Below, piece by piece: positions 29,932 to 40,601 of a DNA stretch of 64,000 bases (the stretch's first letter is position 1; each line of letters opens with the position of its first letter). The notes beneath the pieces are model-generated. The model did no database searches. It saw nothing but the letters and a program-made list of their open reading frames with translations, and was not told the origin of the DNA. The position numbers and the translations under genes were made by a program. The DNA is taken from NCBI GenBank assembly GCA_051883495.1, contig JBJETV010000024.1:20483-84482 (forward strand), read 5' to 3'. Source of the stretch: Christensenellales bacterium. Its GTDB lineage: Bacteria > Bacillota > Clostridia > Christensenellales > UBA1242.

Positions 29932-31761
29932 TTATTTTGCATTTTTCTTTTTATAATCTTCTCTGCCACGGATTGTATGGTCAAGAGTTTTCTTTCTCAT
30001 ACGGATACTCTTTGGAGTTATTTCCAGCAATTCATCTTCATCCAGCATATCCAAATATTGTTCCAAACTTGGCTTTTGCACTGGTTCCAATCTCAAAGCA
30101 TCATCGCTGGCACTAGAACGAGTGTTAGTGAGGTGTTTTGTCTTGCAAACGTTTACAACAATGTCATCAACACGGGGATTAGTGCCCACAATCATTCCAC
30201 CATAGACCTTTTCTCCTGGATTGATAAACAATCTTCCATGTTGTTGAGAATAGAACAAGCCATATTGCACTGCTTCTCCAGTTTCATAGGCGACAAGCAT
30301 GCCATAATTGCGCCTGGACAATGCCCCCTTGAACTCTTCATAATCGTGGAAAACACTGCTCATAATACCTTCACCATTGGTATCGGTTAGGAATTGGCTT
30401 TTATACCCAAACAAGCCACGTGCTGGGATAAGATATTCCAACCTTGTCCTTCCGTTGTGGCTGTGCATGCCAAGGAGTTCACCTTTCCTTGCGCCAAGCA
30501 CACTTATCACATTGCCAGTCTTATCATCAGGCAAGTCAATAACCAATCTTTCTATTGGTTCATACTTCTTTCCGTCAATTTCCTTATACAACACCCTTGG
30601 CATACTCACTTGAAATTCGTATCCATCACGACGAAGATTTTCCATCAAAATAGATAGGTGCATTTCTCCTCTGCCAAGCACTCGGAAGGTGTCTGCACTG
30701 TCTGTGTCAAACACTCGCAAACTTAGGTCCTTAACGGCCTCTTTCATAAGCCTATCCCTTAGTTGTCTAGAAGTGCAATATTTGCCTTCTTTGCCAGCAA
30801 ACGGACTGTTGTTGACCATAAAATTCATTTCAACACTAGGTTCACTTATCTTTACAAAGTCCAAAGTTTTTACATTTTCCTTGTCGCTTAGAGTATCACC
30901 CACTGTTATATTGTCCGCCCCAGCAATACAAACTATATCCCCCACCTTTGCCTCTTGAACAGGAGAACGTTTTAGACCAACAAATTCAAACATACTCTGA
31001 ACCTTGAATGGAATATTCCTTTCTTTATCGTGAAAATTTGTTACCACAAGGCTATCATTGATATGCAAAGTTCCTTGTTCTATCTTTCCAACAGCAAGTT
31101 TTCCCAAAAAGTCATTTTGTTCTGTCGAACTTACTAGCATTGCAAATGGAGAATTTTCATCTCCAGTTGGGCATGGAATATGATTGACAATAGTTTCAAA
31201 AAGTGGAGTCATATCCTTGCCAGGAATATTCTTGTCTAGCGTTGCAGTGCCAAAACGTGCAGAGGCATAAACTATTGGGCTGTCTAACTGCTCATCATTT
31301 GCATTTAGGTCCAAAAGTAGTTCCAACACTTCATCTGGCACTTCGTCAAGACGGCTGTCTTTTCTGTCTATTTTGTTTATTACAATAATAATTTTTAGGT
31401 TAAGTTCCAATGCCTTTTCCAAAACAAATCTCGTCTGTGGCATTGGACCTTCGTAGGCGTCAACCACCAAAAGAGCCCCGTCAACCATTTTAAGAACTCT
31501 TTCCACTTCCCCACCAAAATCTGCGTGTCCTGGTGTGTCCACTACATTGATTTTTATGTCTTTATACATAAAAGAAGCATTTTTGCTGAGAATGGTTATT
31601 CCACGTTCACGTTCTAGTGCATTAGAATCCATAACTCTATCTTCTACTTCCTGATTTTGTCTAAATGCACCACCTTGCTTTAGAAGTTCATTGACCAGGC
31701 TAGTTTTGCCGTGGTCAACGTGTGCAATAATTGCTATATTTCTTACTTTTGTGTTCTCCAT
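29932..31761 (-). CDS. typA: Translational GTPase TypA/BipA
   Basis: [57 protein letters not shown]-terminal KHLTNTRSS. Confidence 0.97.
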   Translation of the reverse strand: MENTKVRNIAIIAHVDHGKTSLVNELLKQGGAFRQNQEVEDRVMDSNALERERGITILSKNASFMYKDIKINVVDTPGHADFGGEVERVLKMVDGALLVVDAYEGPMPQTRFVLEKALELNLKIIIVINKIDRKDSRLDEVPDEVLELLLDLNANDEQLDSPIVYASARFGTATLDKNIPGKDMTPLFETIVNHIPCPTGDENSPFAMLVSSTEQNDFLGKLAVGKIEQGTLHINDSLVVTNFHDKERNIPFKVQSMFEFVGLKRSPVQEAKVGDIVCIAGADNITVGDTLSDKENVKTLDFVKISEPSVEMNFMVNNSPFAGKEGKYCTSRQLRDRLMKEAVKDLSLRVFDTDSADTFRVLGRGEMHLSILMENLRRDGYEFQVSMPRVLYKEIDGKKYEPIERLVIDLPDDKTGNVISVLGARKGELLGMHSHNGRTRLEYLIPARGLFGYKSQFLTDTNGEGIMSSVFHDYEEFKGALSRRNYGMLVAYETGEAVQYGLFYSQQHGRLFINPGEKVYGGMIVGTNPRVDDIVVNVCKTKHLTNTRSSASDDALRLEPVQKPSLEQYLDMLDEDELLEITPKSIRMRKKTLDHTIRGREDYKKKNAK

Positions 31762-31774
31762 AATTTCTCCTCAA

Positions 31775-33031
31775 TCAAAACTCCCACTGCCAAATGCAAT
31801 TTTCCATAATTTGTCTTTTGCCATTTTCATCATAATAAGTGGAAGTAGTTATTTCTTGCAATCTCACTCCCAGCGTGTCAAACACTGTCCTTGTGTCAAA
31901 ATCTCGTGGGTCACAAGTGAGATAAAGCCTTGTAGCCCCATGATATTGTGCAACTTTCTTTATAAGTTGACAACATTCATATTCCAACGACTTAAATTTA
32001 TACTCTCTGTCAAAACTCATATACACATTGCCTTCGTGCCCTTTTAGGTCGTTGGGAATTATGCTATAACTCACCTTGCCAATAATAAGTGACGAACCTC
32101 TTGGGCAAACATCAAAATAATATGTAGGAGTCTTGTATTTTGAGCCCTTTGTAGCAGTTGATGACAACACTAAATCTACAAATTGCCCTTCTATCCTGCC
32201 AAATTTTTTGCGAGAATCTTCAAAATCTATTGTCATCTCTGGCATTTCTTCCTTGTCGAGAGTCCAAAAATCAAATGGAACATTATCTTCTGTGTCAATA
32301 ACAGTCAGTTCTTTTGGGATATTTATCTTCCCTACAGAATAGTCATATGCTTGACTTGTAAGATGACAAGGGAAAATAGTGCATTTATCCTTATATTTTT
32401 TCATCAACTCTATGCCGTCTATAATATTAAAATGCTTATAGCTTATATCTGTTCCTGCCATATCCACAAAAGCAAGATTGCTACAATCAATCATTTTCAT
32501 AAGATTATCACACATACAAGTATCCCCCGAAAACGACACAACCTTGCCGGTCGATTTTTCTTTTATTATATATCCATAATCTTCTATAGGCCCATGGTCC
32601 ATCTTAAGTGAGGAAATTTCAAAATCTTCAAATTCAAATGTCCCCATATTAGAGGCATCAACAAATGTAACATATTTATCAAATTTCAATTTTTGATATG
32701 ACACATCGCCCCAGCCCAACTTACATATTTGTTTAATTTTTTCTTCCCCACCTGGTGGACAGATGATGGTTACTCTAGTGTCTGGATTTTTATCCGTTGC
32801 CAGTTTGTCCAAAAAGCAAGTCAAATCAAAATAGTGGTCCATATGATAGTGAGTTATAAGTATTAACCTAATTTTTTGAATTTTCTCATGATGAAGACTG
32901 CTCTCAGTCGTTTTTAGCAGTTGCTTTAGTGTCCCCAACCCACAATCAACTAGCACATTGTCATTGATAAGATAACTAGCACAAGCCCTTCTTGTCCAAA
33001 TACATCCTGTTCCCAAAATTGTAACTTTCAT
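31775..33031 (-). CDS. MBL-fold metallo-hydrolase (RNase Z-like) with C-terminal GNAT-like domain
   Basis: MKVTILGTG start, LVDCG, THYHMDH, DHG and SGDT motifs. The last ~140 aa resemble a RimJ-type GNAT fold (IGKVSY...RLYLTCDPRD...RTVFDTLG). Confidence 0.75.
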   Translation of the reverse strand: MKVTILGTGCIWTRRACASYLINDNVLVDCGLGTLKQLLKTTESSLHHEKIQKIRLILITHYHMDHYFDLTCFLDKLATDKNPDTRVTIICPPGGEEKIKQICKLGWGDVSYQKLKFDKYVTFVDASNMGTFEFEDFEISSLKMDHGPIEDYGYIIKEKSTGKVVSFSGDTCMCDNLMKMIDCSNLAFVDMAGTDISYKHFNIIDGIELMKKYKDKCTIFPCHLTSQAYDYSVGKINIPKELTVIDTEDNVPFDFWTLDKEEMPEMTIDFEDSRKKFGRIEGQFVDLVLSSTATKGSKYKTPTYYFDVCPRGSSLIIGKVSYSIIPNDLKGHEGNVYMSFDREYKFKSLEYECCQLIKKVAQYHGATRLYLTCDPRDFDTRTVFDTLGVRLQEITTSTYYDENGKRQIMENCIWQWEF

Positions 33032-33098
33032 AATTACTCCTTATTTTTAATCTTTTGCCACCTTTTCAAAAAAAAGACTGCCACTTGGGCAATCTCTT

Positions 33099-33860
33099 TT
33101 AGTCAGCACTTTTTTCTTGCAAATCAAAGTCTTCTTGTTCGGCAGTTTCATTGCCATGAGCAAGTTTCTTGTTTTTCGACTCAAAAAATGCTCGTTCCAT
33201 TCTCTTCGCCCTAGTCTTTCCCTCATAATATTCGTCTTGTGTTATCTTCCCCACACGCAACAAATAGTCCGGATAATAATAATCTTGGATATCTTTTGTT
33301 CCATCGTTAACACCCTTCTTGCTCAAAACAACTCCAATAGTTTTGAAAAGTATCTTAATATCCATTGCAAAAGACATCTTTTCTACATATGTGTCGTTGT
33401 AATACAGCACACTTTCCCAAGTGTTATCTATCCTACCATTGACCTGTGCCAGCCCCGTAAGCCCTGGTCTAACATCAAAAGTCTTTGTATCCTCTGGGAA
33501 AAATAACATATCTTCTACGAGTTTTGGTCTTGGACCAATAAAACTCATATCTCCCTTTAGGATGTTGAACAACTGTGGCAACTCGTCAAGGCTAGTCTTG
33601 CGAAGAAATTTTCCAAATTTTGTTATTCTTTGAGAGTCTGGCAAAAGGTTGCCATTTTCGTCTGTCTTAAAGTTCATACTTCTAAACTTGTAAAACATAA
33701 AAATTTTCCTATTCTTTCCTGGCCTTGGTTGTCTAAAAATAACAGGTCTCCCCACAAAGATAAGAACCAATAGCGACAAAATCAGCATCAGTGGAGATAA
33801 AATAACAATCAACCCTGCCGAAAATAGTATGTCAAAAAATCTCTTAAAGACTCTATACAT
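33099..33860 (-). CDS. Bacterial sugar transferase (undecaprenyl-phosphate glycosyl-phosphotransferase)
   Basis: KRFFDI, FRQPRPG, YKFRSM, RKTSLDELPQLFNILKGDMSFIGPRP and RPGLTGLAQVNGR motifs. Start placed at MYRVFKR. Confidence 0.92.
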   Translation of the reverse strand: MYRVFKRFFDILFSAGLIVILSPLMLILSLLVLIFVGRPVIFRQPRPGKNRKIFMFYKFRSMNFKTDENGNLLPDSQRITKFGKFLRKTSLDELPQLFNILKGDMSFIGPRPKLVEDMLFFPEDTKTFDVRPGLTGLAQVNGRIDNTWESVLYYNDTYVEKMSFAMDIKILFKTIGVVLSKKGVNDGTKDIQDYYYPDYLLRVGKITQDEYYEGKTRAKRMERAFFESKNKKLAHGNETAEQEDFDLQEKSAD

Positions 33861-34030
33861 ATCAAAAATCCTTTTTGATGAAACAAAAAATTCTTCAAAC
33901 AAGACAAATAATATCACATATTGATTGTTTTTGCAAGCACATATATATAATTTTTTATTTCTCAATACTCCTTTAAGTATTTTTTTTAGCTTTAACAATT
34001 ATTTATAAAATATTAGTTATATCAAGCATA

Positions 34031-34816
34031 TCAAGCATTTTTTCTTCTTTTCTTTATCATTCGCACAATAGCCCTTGTTGCAAAGAATAACAATCCCGAC
34101 ACAATCATCGCCAAGAATATATACATGAATATAATTGTCGCATCTCCAAATAATGCACTAACAAGCATAACAATTAGCCCTGCAACAGCATTCCCCAAAA
34201 TAACAGTGGCGGTGGATTGCCAAAAATTCAATCCAAGGGCAACTGCAATACAAGCCCCCGTCCAAACTCCAGTGAAAGGAAAAGGCAACGCAACAAAAAT
34301 AAATATGGATATTATTTTCTTTTTCAGTGAAAATGTTGCTTTATCATTTTGATTTTCTAAAGGTTCATTTTTGATAGCACTTACACTTCCTGTGTTGTTA
34401 TTTTGACTCAAATTTTCTTCTTTTTGTCCGTCTGTAATAGCATTTAATATTCTAACATTTCCTCCGTTTTCTGCAAGGTATTGCAGTTCAATATCATCCT
34501 CTATCTTTTGCTTTTTCTTGTCCACCCTACCTTCTATTTTACTTGCAAGTTTGCGGAAGAATTTTGTCTTTTTTAGAAAATTTATAATAGGTTTATACAA
34601 TAAAACTAGCACCGGAACAATCATTGAACTCCCCAAAAAGCCTGCAAAAAAACCTTCAAATAATCCTAGTGCTTCACTTCCCCAAATCTGCCTAGACATA
34701 GAAAAGGGTATAGCCCCTTTAAGTTCTATTGCCGGTATTACAGCAATCAATATTGTTGCAAGCCACACATTGTTTCCAAATATATTGTGAAACAACTGCT
34801 CTATAAATTCTGTCAT
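34031..34816 (-). CDS. Putative small multi-drug export (COG2426-like) membrane protein
   Basis: PAIELKGAIP and FVALPFPFTGVWTG motifs; several TM segments. Confidence 0.8.
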   Translation of the reverse strand: MTEFIEQLFHNIFGNNVWLATILIAVIPAIELKGAIPFSMSRQIWGSEALGLFEGFFAGFLGSSMIVPVLVLLYKPIINFLKKTKFFRKLASKIEGRVDKKKQKIEDDIELQYLAENGGNVRILNAITDGQKEENLSQNNNTGSVSAIKNEPLENQNDKATFSLKKKIISIFIFVALPFPFTGVWTGACIAVALGLNFWQSTATVILGNAVAGLIVMLVSALFGDATIIFMYIFLAMIVSGLLFFATRAIVRMIKKRRKNA

Positions 34817-34827
34817 ATTTATCCTCT

Positions 34828-35697
34828 TTAATTGTAATCTCTATCTAGTGGTTGTTCTGGAAGTTCCACCTCCAAACCATATTGCTCCAATGTTACGCTG
34901 GTTGAAAATTTTAAGAATGTTTCAAAGGAATTTTGGCTAGATTTTTCGTTGTTCTCCAGACGATAACTCAAAGCAAAATATGTTATATAATTTCTATCCG
35001 AAATGCCATATTCCACATTATATCCCATCAAAAGGTCTGTCTGCTTGTTGCTTAACGCAAACATTTGTGGATTTTGTTGCAAGTTGCCCACTTGAGAAAA
35101 CTTGGTCATAAGCACATTACATTCGTTGGAATTTGCTGTAAGTCTGTAATAATCAACATCTTCAAACTTCTTGGATACAATGCCAGAAAGTGTGTCCGAT
35201 TGGACAAAAATATACTTTGTGTATATGTTTTGTGGTGAGATGGATGCAGAAGTTTTGGTCTTATTTTCACTTGCCAACTCGCCATCTGCATAACTCCTTA
35301 CTGTCCTATATACTGTGCTAATAGCCCCATTTGCCACGTATATATCTGTTACCTCTTGTGTCAAAACATTGTCAATATATCTGCTTGTCTCAATTTTAGA
35401 GCAACTTTCTCTTGTGCCAAATTGCAAAATGAATGTAGTTTCTTCCCTAACCTGCATTTTCGAAAAGCTTCCCGCATCAAAAAACTCAAATACGGTAGTT
35501 GCCTTGTATTTTGTTTGAAGTCTTGCAGTTTCCATATTCGTTTTGCTGTCGTCAAGGTTGCTCAAAATCTCCGCTGAAGTTTTTTCACACGCACTCCAAG
35601 GAACATCGTTAAAACTTTTCTCTCCACAACCGACAAGAGAAAGGCTAAGCGCAAACGCACATACAACTACTACTAAATAATTAAAAAACTTTTTCAT
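34828..35697 (-). CDS. Hypothetical lipoprotein
   Basis: MKK + hydrophobic stretch + LVGC lipobox. Confidence 0.75.
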   Translation of the reverse strand: MKKFFNYLVVVVCAFALSLSLVGCGEKSFNDVPWSACEKTSAEILSNLDDSKTNMETARLQTKYKATTVFEFFDAGSFSKMQVREETTFILQFGTRESCSKIETSRYIDNVLTQEVTDIYVANGAISTVYRTVRSYADGELASENKTKTSASISPQNIYTKYIFVQSDTLSGIVSKKFEDVDYYRLTANSNECNVLMTKFSQVGNLQQNPQMFALSNKQTDLLMGYNVEYGISDRNYITYFALSYRLENNEKSSQNSFETFLKFSTSVTLEQYGLEVELPEQPLDRDYN

Positions 35698-35810
35698 ACT
35701 AGAATTTTAACTTTTATCTCAAAAACTGTCAAACATATTTCCATTTCATTCAAAAAACATTTGACATTTTTTTTGTTGTGTCCCAAAATATTTGTAAGGA
35801 GAACGAAAAA

Positions 35811-36236
35811 ATGATACTAGATGATATTAAAAAAGCAAATATTGAAGCATTAAAAGCAAAAAATAGCAATGCAAGGGCTGTGTATGGTGTTGTTATGACC
35901 AAGGCAATGCTAGAAACAGTAAAAAAGCGTGAAAAAAATGAAGAACTAACAGACGCAGATATGGTCGCTATACTTCAAAAGACAATAAAAGAACTAACAG
36001 ACGAACAAGAAAGTTACAAAAAAGCAGGCAAAACCGAACAAGCCGACCTAATTGAACAACAAAAAAACACCATTGCGGTGTTTCTTCCAAGAATGATAAG
36101 TGATGAGGAGATTGAACAAATAATATCCTCGCTGGATGACAAATCTATCCCAAGTGTTATGAAACATTTTAAGCAAAATTATGCAGGCAAAGTAGATATG
36201 TCCAGAGTCAGTCAAGTGTTAAAAACTAAATTCTAA
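35811..36236 (+). CDS. GatB/YqeY domain protein
   Basis: Helical YqeY pattern (DIKKA..ALKAK, YKKAGK.E, FLPRMIS.EEI, YAGKVDM); GGAG RBS before ATG 35811. Confidence 0.88.
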   Translation: MILDDIKKANIEALKAKNSNARAVYGVVMTKAMLETVKKREKNEELTDADMVAILQKTIKELTDEQESYKKAGKTEQADLIEQQKNTIAVFLPRMISDEEIEQIISSLDDKSIPSVMKHFKQNYAGKVDMSRVSQVLKTKF

Positions 36237-37033
36237 CAATATAGTTTTTTGACTATCCACAGCATAAATCTCTGTGGCAAAATCTTTTGCAAAAACAACA
36301 ATGTTTTATACAACATGCCAACCGCTTTTGTGGCTGGCATTTTTTTTCGTGAAAACATCTTAAAAACCACTTTCGCCACAGTTTCTGGTGGTTTGCCATT
36401 TTGCTCGTCATGTTCCATCTTCGCAACCGACCTCAAAACCACTTCTTTGTAGTCAGAGTCCAAGTCTTTTTGTTCTTTTTGTCTTTGAGATGTAAAACCG
36501 GTCTTTGTATCCCCCACAATAACAGTGCCCATCTGCACCCCAAATGGCGCAACTTCCATTCTCAATGCTTTTGCCCATATGTCTAGGCTTGCTTTGGTCG
36601 CAGAGTAAAATGATTGAAAAGGGATAGGGATATTCCCCGCCACCGAGCCAGTGGAAATAATCTTGCCAAATCCCTGTTTGCGCATATAAGGCAAAACTTC
36701 TTGCGTCATATTAACCACACCAAAAAAATTGACATCAAACATCCTTTTTACATCTTCTAGTTGCTGATTTTCCACCGAACCGGATATGCCAAACCCAGCA
36801 TTGTTTACCAGCAAATCAATCCTGTTCTCTTTGTTGAAAATGTGCGACAATGTTTCTTTCGCTTGCTCCTTGCTTGTTACATCACAACTAAGAGAAATAA
36901 TTTTATCACTTTCAAATTTTCTACGAGATAAGCCATACACCACAAAGCCCTTTTCCGCAAAAAAGTTGGCTATAGCATTGCCAATGCCACTTGACGCACC
37001 CGTTACCACAACCACTTGTTTGTTACTATTCAT
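36233..37033 (-). CDS. Short-chain dehydrogenase/reductase
   Basis: TGASSGIG, NNAG and YSATK motifs. Confidence 0.93.
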   Translation of the reverse strand: MNSNKQVVVVTGASSGIGNAIANFFAEKGFVVYGLSRRKFESDKIISLSCDVTSKEQAKETLSHIFNKENRIDLLVNNAGFGISGSVENQQLEDVKRMFDVNFFGVVNMTQEVLPYMRKQGFGKIISTGSVAGNIPIPFQSFYSATKASLDIWAKALRMEVAPFGVQMGTVIVGDTKTGFTSQRQKEQKDLDSDYKEVVLRSVAKMEHDEQNGKPPETVAKVVFKMFSRKKMPATKAVGMLYKTLLFLQKILPQRFMLWIVKKLYC

Positions 37034-37334
37034 CTTTCTCTCCCTTATGTTTTTTTAGCACCAAAATTTCATTATTTTTTGTAGTCGAAGGACTTTTTTC
37101 ACCTTTATTCTTATCTTTATATCCCTTTTTCATCTTGCGATTTTGATGTTTTTCTATTTCGTCTTGAGATACAGGCTCTATGTGTCCGCCATTTTTACGC
37201 CAATTTATAAAAAACCACACTGAAGCTATCGCCACAAGAACGACAATCAAAAGTGCAACACCACCATTGCTTACCCCTAGTAGCGAAAAAGCCACCGCCA
37301 ATTTGTCTATTGTCGCATTTAGCCCCAACACCAT
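37026..37334 (-). CDS. Small hypothetical membrane protein
   Basis: Hydrophobic segment followed by basic tail; sits in an apparent operon between same-strand neighbours. Confidence 0.6.
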   Translation of the reverse strand: MVLGLNATIDKLAVAFSLLGVSNGGVALLIVVLVAIASVWFFINWRKNGGHIEPVSQDEIEKHQNRKMKKGYKDKNKGEKSPSTTKNNEILVLKKHKGEKDE

Positions 37335-37348
37335 ACTCTCTCCTTCAG

Positions 37349-38926
37349 TTAAGATACACTCTCTACTTGTTTTTCTTGTTCTGCCAGTTCTTTCTTATTA
37401 AATTTTGTCCCACAAATAAATCTTGAAAATCTTCTAAAACTTGTTTCAAACAAAGTAAAACACTTGCCAGAATTTCTCCATATTGTAAACATTATCAAAT
37501 AAATGCACAACAATAGTCCAATACATATTGCAGTAACAATACCTGCAAAAGCCCAAACAGAAAGAGTTTTTGACTCCTCTTTTTCTACTACAAAGGCAAA
37601 TTGCGACAGTTCACTTGTAGAAACCACAGCGTAATTGCCACTTAAAACATATTCCACTTCCTTAACTGTTTGCAATGGAGAATAATGAGTGTGCAAAATT
37701 CTAAATTTCTTCCCCTGAACTGTTTCTGGAATATACATTCTCACAGTCAGTTCACCCTCTGGCTGAATACTCTCACCCTCTCTTACGAGGTCAATTTCGT
37801 AAGCAACGGCCACTTCTTCATTGGTCAAAATATGTTTTGAATAATTGACATCGCCATATTTTAGACCTTCATTGGATATTGTGGTAACCTCCAGCGACAT
37901 CATTGGGTCAAAACCACCATCTTGTTCCACTATCACTTGGTCGATATCTGTTGATTCATTTTTTTGGACAAAACTTGCAGGTTTAATCGTCATTGTTGCA
38001 TATCTTACTGCCGTTTCATAATTGTTGGATGCATCACAAAAAGTTGCCTTAATCTTGTAAATTCCAGGTTTAGATTGCAAATTGTTGTCGCTATAAGATA
38101 TTCTAATGCTCCCCATACGAGCAGTTGCCACAAGGCTCTTGTTACTGCCGTCTTCTACAAATGTCTTATCTTCAAATTCATCAATTCTATCTTCAAGAGA
38201 AGCCTTCTCTATAACCCATACAAATTCCAATGTGCCAGAATGTCCTGCGTGAGCCCATTCATAATGATTTCTATCTTTCAAAGACACAACAACCTTGTAT
38301 ATTCCAGCATCTCTTTGTTGATTGTTTTCCACTTTCATAATACTTTGGTCAAACATTCCGTCAAACTTAAATGTTTGCAGTTGACCATCATACACATAAG
38401 TTTGTTCCAGAGGTTCTGGCTCAATAACCACATTTTTTATATTTTCTTTTTCGTCAAAAAGGCTATAATATTTGGCGTTTGCATCAAGGCTCTCAAAACT
38501 TCCCAATTCGTTTTCTTTTAGGTCTGTCCAAGCATTCTTATACAAAAGCATTGTTCTTTCTGCCAAAACTTTGTCATCAGAAAAGTGCTTAATACTCAAA
38601 ATTTCATCACTTGCATATTGATAATTCACTACAAAGTATTGTTTTTGAGCATCATTATCCAGCAAAAATTCTTCAGAATTGGCTTCACAATAATCTTTGT
38701 AGTTGGCTCTAGACGCAGAATATTCTTGCAAAACGGCAACAATTTGAGTTTTATTTTCTTTGTTATAGCACTCCACATCTTTCATTTGAGCGCTTGCAGA
38801 AGCATATCTTTGCTGTGCAGTCAAAGTCTCCGCAAACACTGGCACTCGACAAGTAAGCAAAACTCCAGACACAATGGCAACGACTGCCACGACGCAAAAA
38901 AATAAACTTTTTCTTATGTGTTTCAT
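37349..38926 (-). CDS. Secreted/membrane-anchored surface protein with MBG-like beta domains
   Basis: N-terminal signal, YVYDGQ..DAGIYKVVVSL-type repeats, C-terminal TM followed by basic tail; GGAGG RBS. Confidence 0.75.
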   Translation of the reverse strand: MKHIRKSLFFCVVAVVAIVSGVLLTCRVPVFAETLTAQQRYASASAQMKDVECYNKENKTQIVAVLQEYSASRANYKDYCEANSEEFLLDNDAQKQYFVVNYQYASDEILSIKHFSDDKVLAERTMLLYKNAWTDLKENELGSFESLDANAKYYSLFDEKENIKNVVIEPEPLEQTYVYDGQLQTFKFDGMFDQSIMKVENNQQRDAGIYKVVVSLKDRNHYEWAHAGHSGTLEFVWVIEKASLEDRIDEFEDKTFVEDGSNKSLVATARMGSIRISYSDNNLQSKPGIYKIKATFCDASNNYETAVRYATMTIKPASFVQKNESTDIDQVIVEQDGGFDPMMSLEVTTISNEGLKYGDVNYSKHILTNEEVAVAYEIDLVREGESIQPEGELTVRMYIPETVQGKKFRILHTHYSPLQTVKEVEYVLSGNYAVVSTSELSQFAFVVEKEESKTLSVWAFAGIVTAICIGLLLCIYLIMFTIWRNSGKCFTLFETSFRRFSRFICGTKFNKKELAEQEKQVESVS

Positions 38927-38961
38927 TGTTTACCTCCAATTTTGGGCAAAAACGCAACATT

Positions 38962-38993
38962 TTATCCACATTTTTTATTTTTTATGTGGATAA
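38962..38993. promoter_or_regulatory. Inverted pair of perfect DnaA boxes
   Basis: TTATCCACA (38962-38970) and TGTGGATAA (38985-38993). Confidence 0.5.
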
Positions 38994-39180
38994 CTTACAA
39001 AAATACAATTTTATTATATAAAAGATACTTCATTTTTGTCAAACAAATCAAAGTATAAATTATCATAATATCCAAGTATAAAATTCCCTAATAATCAATC
39101 TAACTATTACGGCTTAAAGGACAGCAAGCCCACACTAGCAATATTTTCAAAACTTAAACATAATATTTATGTAATATTTA

Positions 39181-39207
39181 ACAAAAAAATAATTTTCCTC
39201 ATACAAT
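39181..39207 (+). promoter_or_regulatory. Mother-cell sporulation (SigK/SigE-type) promoter
   Basis: ACA-N16-CATACAAT directly upstream of a BclA-like gene; matches the Bacillus/Clostridium SigK consensus AC..N16..CATAnnnT. Confidence 0.45.
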
Positions 39208-39225
39208 CTTGTGGTGAGGTATAAA

Positions 39226-40245
39226 ATGTGTATTTTTAATGATGACTTTTGCTGTGCAGGAAGAAATCAATGTTGTATAGAAACTTGCCCTCAAAGAAGA
39301 CGTGGTCCAACAGGGCCAACCGGCCCTACCGGCCCTACTGGGCCTTCAGGGGGTCCTACTGGGCCTACTGGACCTACCGGTCCTACTGGACCAACAGGCT
39401 TAACTGGTCTAATTGGGCCTATAGGCCCTACTGGGCCAACAGGCGCTACCGGGGCTACCGGTGCTACAGGCGCAACGGGCGCAACGGGTCCAACAGGTCC
39501 TACTGGTGCAACGGGCGCTACAGGTGCAACGGGGCCAACAGGCGCTACCGGAGCTACAGGTGCAACTGGGCCAACCGGTCCTACGGGTCCTACTGGTGCT
39601 ACGGGTGCAACTGGGCCAACCGGTCCTACGGGTCCTACTGGTGCTACGGGGCCAACTGGGCCTACTGGTGCTACGGGGGCTACTGGTGCGACGGGTGCAA
39701 CGGGGCCTACAGGTCCTACTGGGGCAACCGGTCCTACAGGACCAACCGGGCCAACCGGTCCTACGGGTCCTACTGGCGCAACGGGAGCAACTGGGGCTAC
39801 GGGGGCGACAGGGGCGACGGGTCCTACTGGCCCTACTGGAACAACAAGTGTTGCTAGTTTTGGCAGTTTTTACTCCCCTACCGAACAAAATGTAAACAAT
39901 ACAACATTCCCACTTACAATTACACTTCAATCGAGCGGAATGACCATAAACAATGCAACTGGTGTAGTAACACTGCCAAATATAGGCACTTATAGCGTGG
40001 AATATGGAACTTATGTTGGAAGCGGGGCTGCTGGAAGTGATAGTCTTGCCCTAAGGCTAAATGGTGTTGATGTAGCAGGGACTGCAAGAGGGCTGGAAAA
40101 CAACACAATGATAAACGCAAGCGCCATAATAAAAACAACTGCAAGCAATGAAACATTGGCAATAAAGATAAACTCCAGTGGAAATGTAGATTTTGAAGAC
40201 AACGCAGGAATAAGTGGTTATTTAACAATCGTTCAAATTCAATAA
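39226..40245 (+). CDS. Collagen-like (BclA-type) spore surface protein
   Basis: Cys-rich N-terminus, long GPT/GAT triplet run, globular C-terminal domain ending ...YLTIVQIQ; GAGGT RBS before ATG 39226. Confidence 0.88.
   Translation: MCIFNDDFCCAGRNQCCIETCPQRRRGPTGPTGPTGPTGPSGGPTGPTGPTGPTGPTGLTGLIGPIGPTGPTGATGATGATGATGATGPTGPTGATGATGATGPTGATGATGATGPTGPTGPTGATGATGPTGPTGPTGATGPTGPTGATGATGATGATGPTGPTGATGPTGPTGPTGPTGPTGATGATGATGATGATGPTGPTGTTSVASFGSFYSPTEQNVNNTTFPLTITLQSSGMTINNATGVVTLPNIGTYSVEYGTYVGSGAAGSDSLALRLNGVDVAGTARGLENNTMINASAIIKTTASNETLAIKINSSGNVDFEDNAGISGYLTIVQIQ
39304..39840 (+). repeat. Gly-X-Thr collagen repeat (9-bp period)
   Basis: Tandem GGN CCN/GCN ACN codons. Confidence 0.95.
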
Positions 40246-40264
40246 AGATTTCTTTCTCACATTA

Positions 40265-40300
40265 AAAACAAAAACCCCAATTTTCTGGGGTTTTTGTTGT
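40265..40300. terminator. Intrinsic terminator, probably bidirectional
   Basis: ACAAAAACCCCA-ATTTTC-TGGGGTTTTTGT hairpin between convergent genes. Confidence 0.75.
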
Positions 40301-40361
40301 ATCCATAATATTTTTTATGTTTGTTATCCTTTCAAATGTTTCTCTTATTCTAAAAGTTTTT

Positions 40362-40542
40362 ACTTTTTCAAATATTCTAATCTTTCAAAGAATTTAACTT
40401 TTCAAATTTTCTATACTTTCGAACCTTTTAACTTCTCGAATTTTTATCTTCTCAAATATTCTAACTTTTCAAATATTCTAACTCCCCGAATTTTCTAACT
40501 TTTCGAATTTTTATCTTTTCAAATCTTTTAATTTCTCGAACA
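40362..40542. repeat. Degenerate ~17-bp tandem repeat, about 11 units
   Basis: Consensus approx. ACTTTTCRAATWTTYTA, e.g. acttttcaaatattcta / actccccgaattttcta / tcttttcaaatctttta. Confidence 0.75.
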
Positions 40543-40601
40543 TCTCAAAAATTTTATGTTATTTCAAATCTTTTTTGTTAATTTCAATTCAATTTTTTTT
40601 G

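Noticed and set aside
39249-39930. Repetitive alternative-frame ORFs ([11 protein letters not shown]..., QRVQQVLLV..., TSRTRRTG...)
   Set aside because: Frame and strand shadows of the collagen triplet repeat.
40362-40542. CRISPR array
   Set aside because: Units are contiguous, degenerate and only ~17 bp, without spacers.
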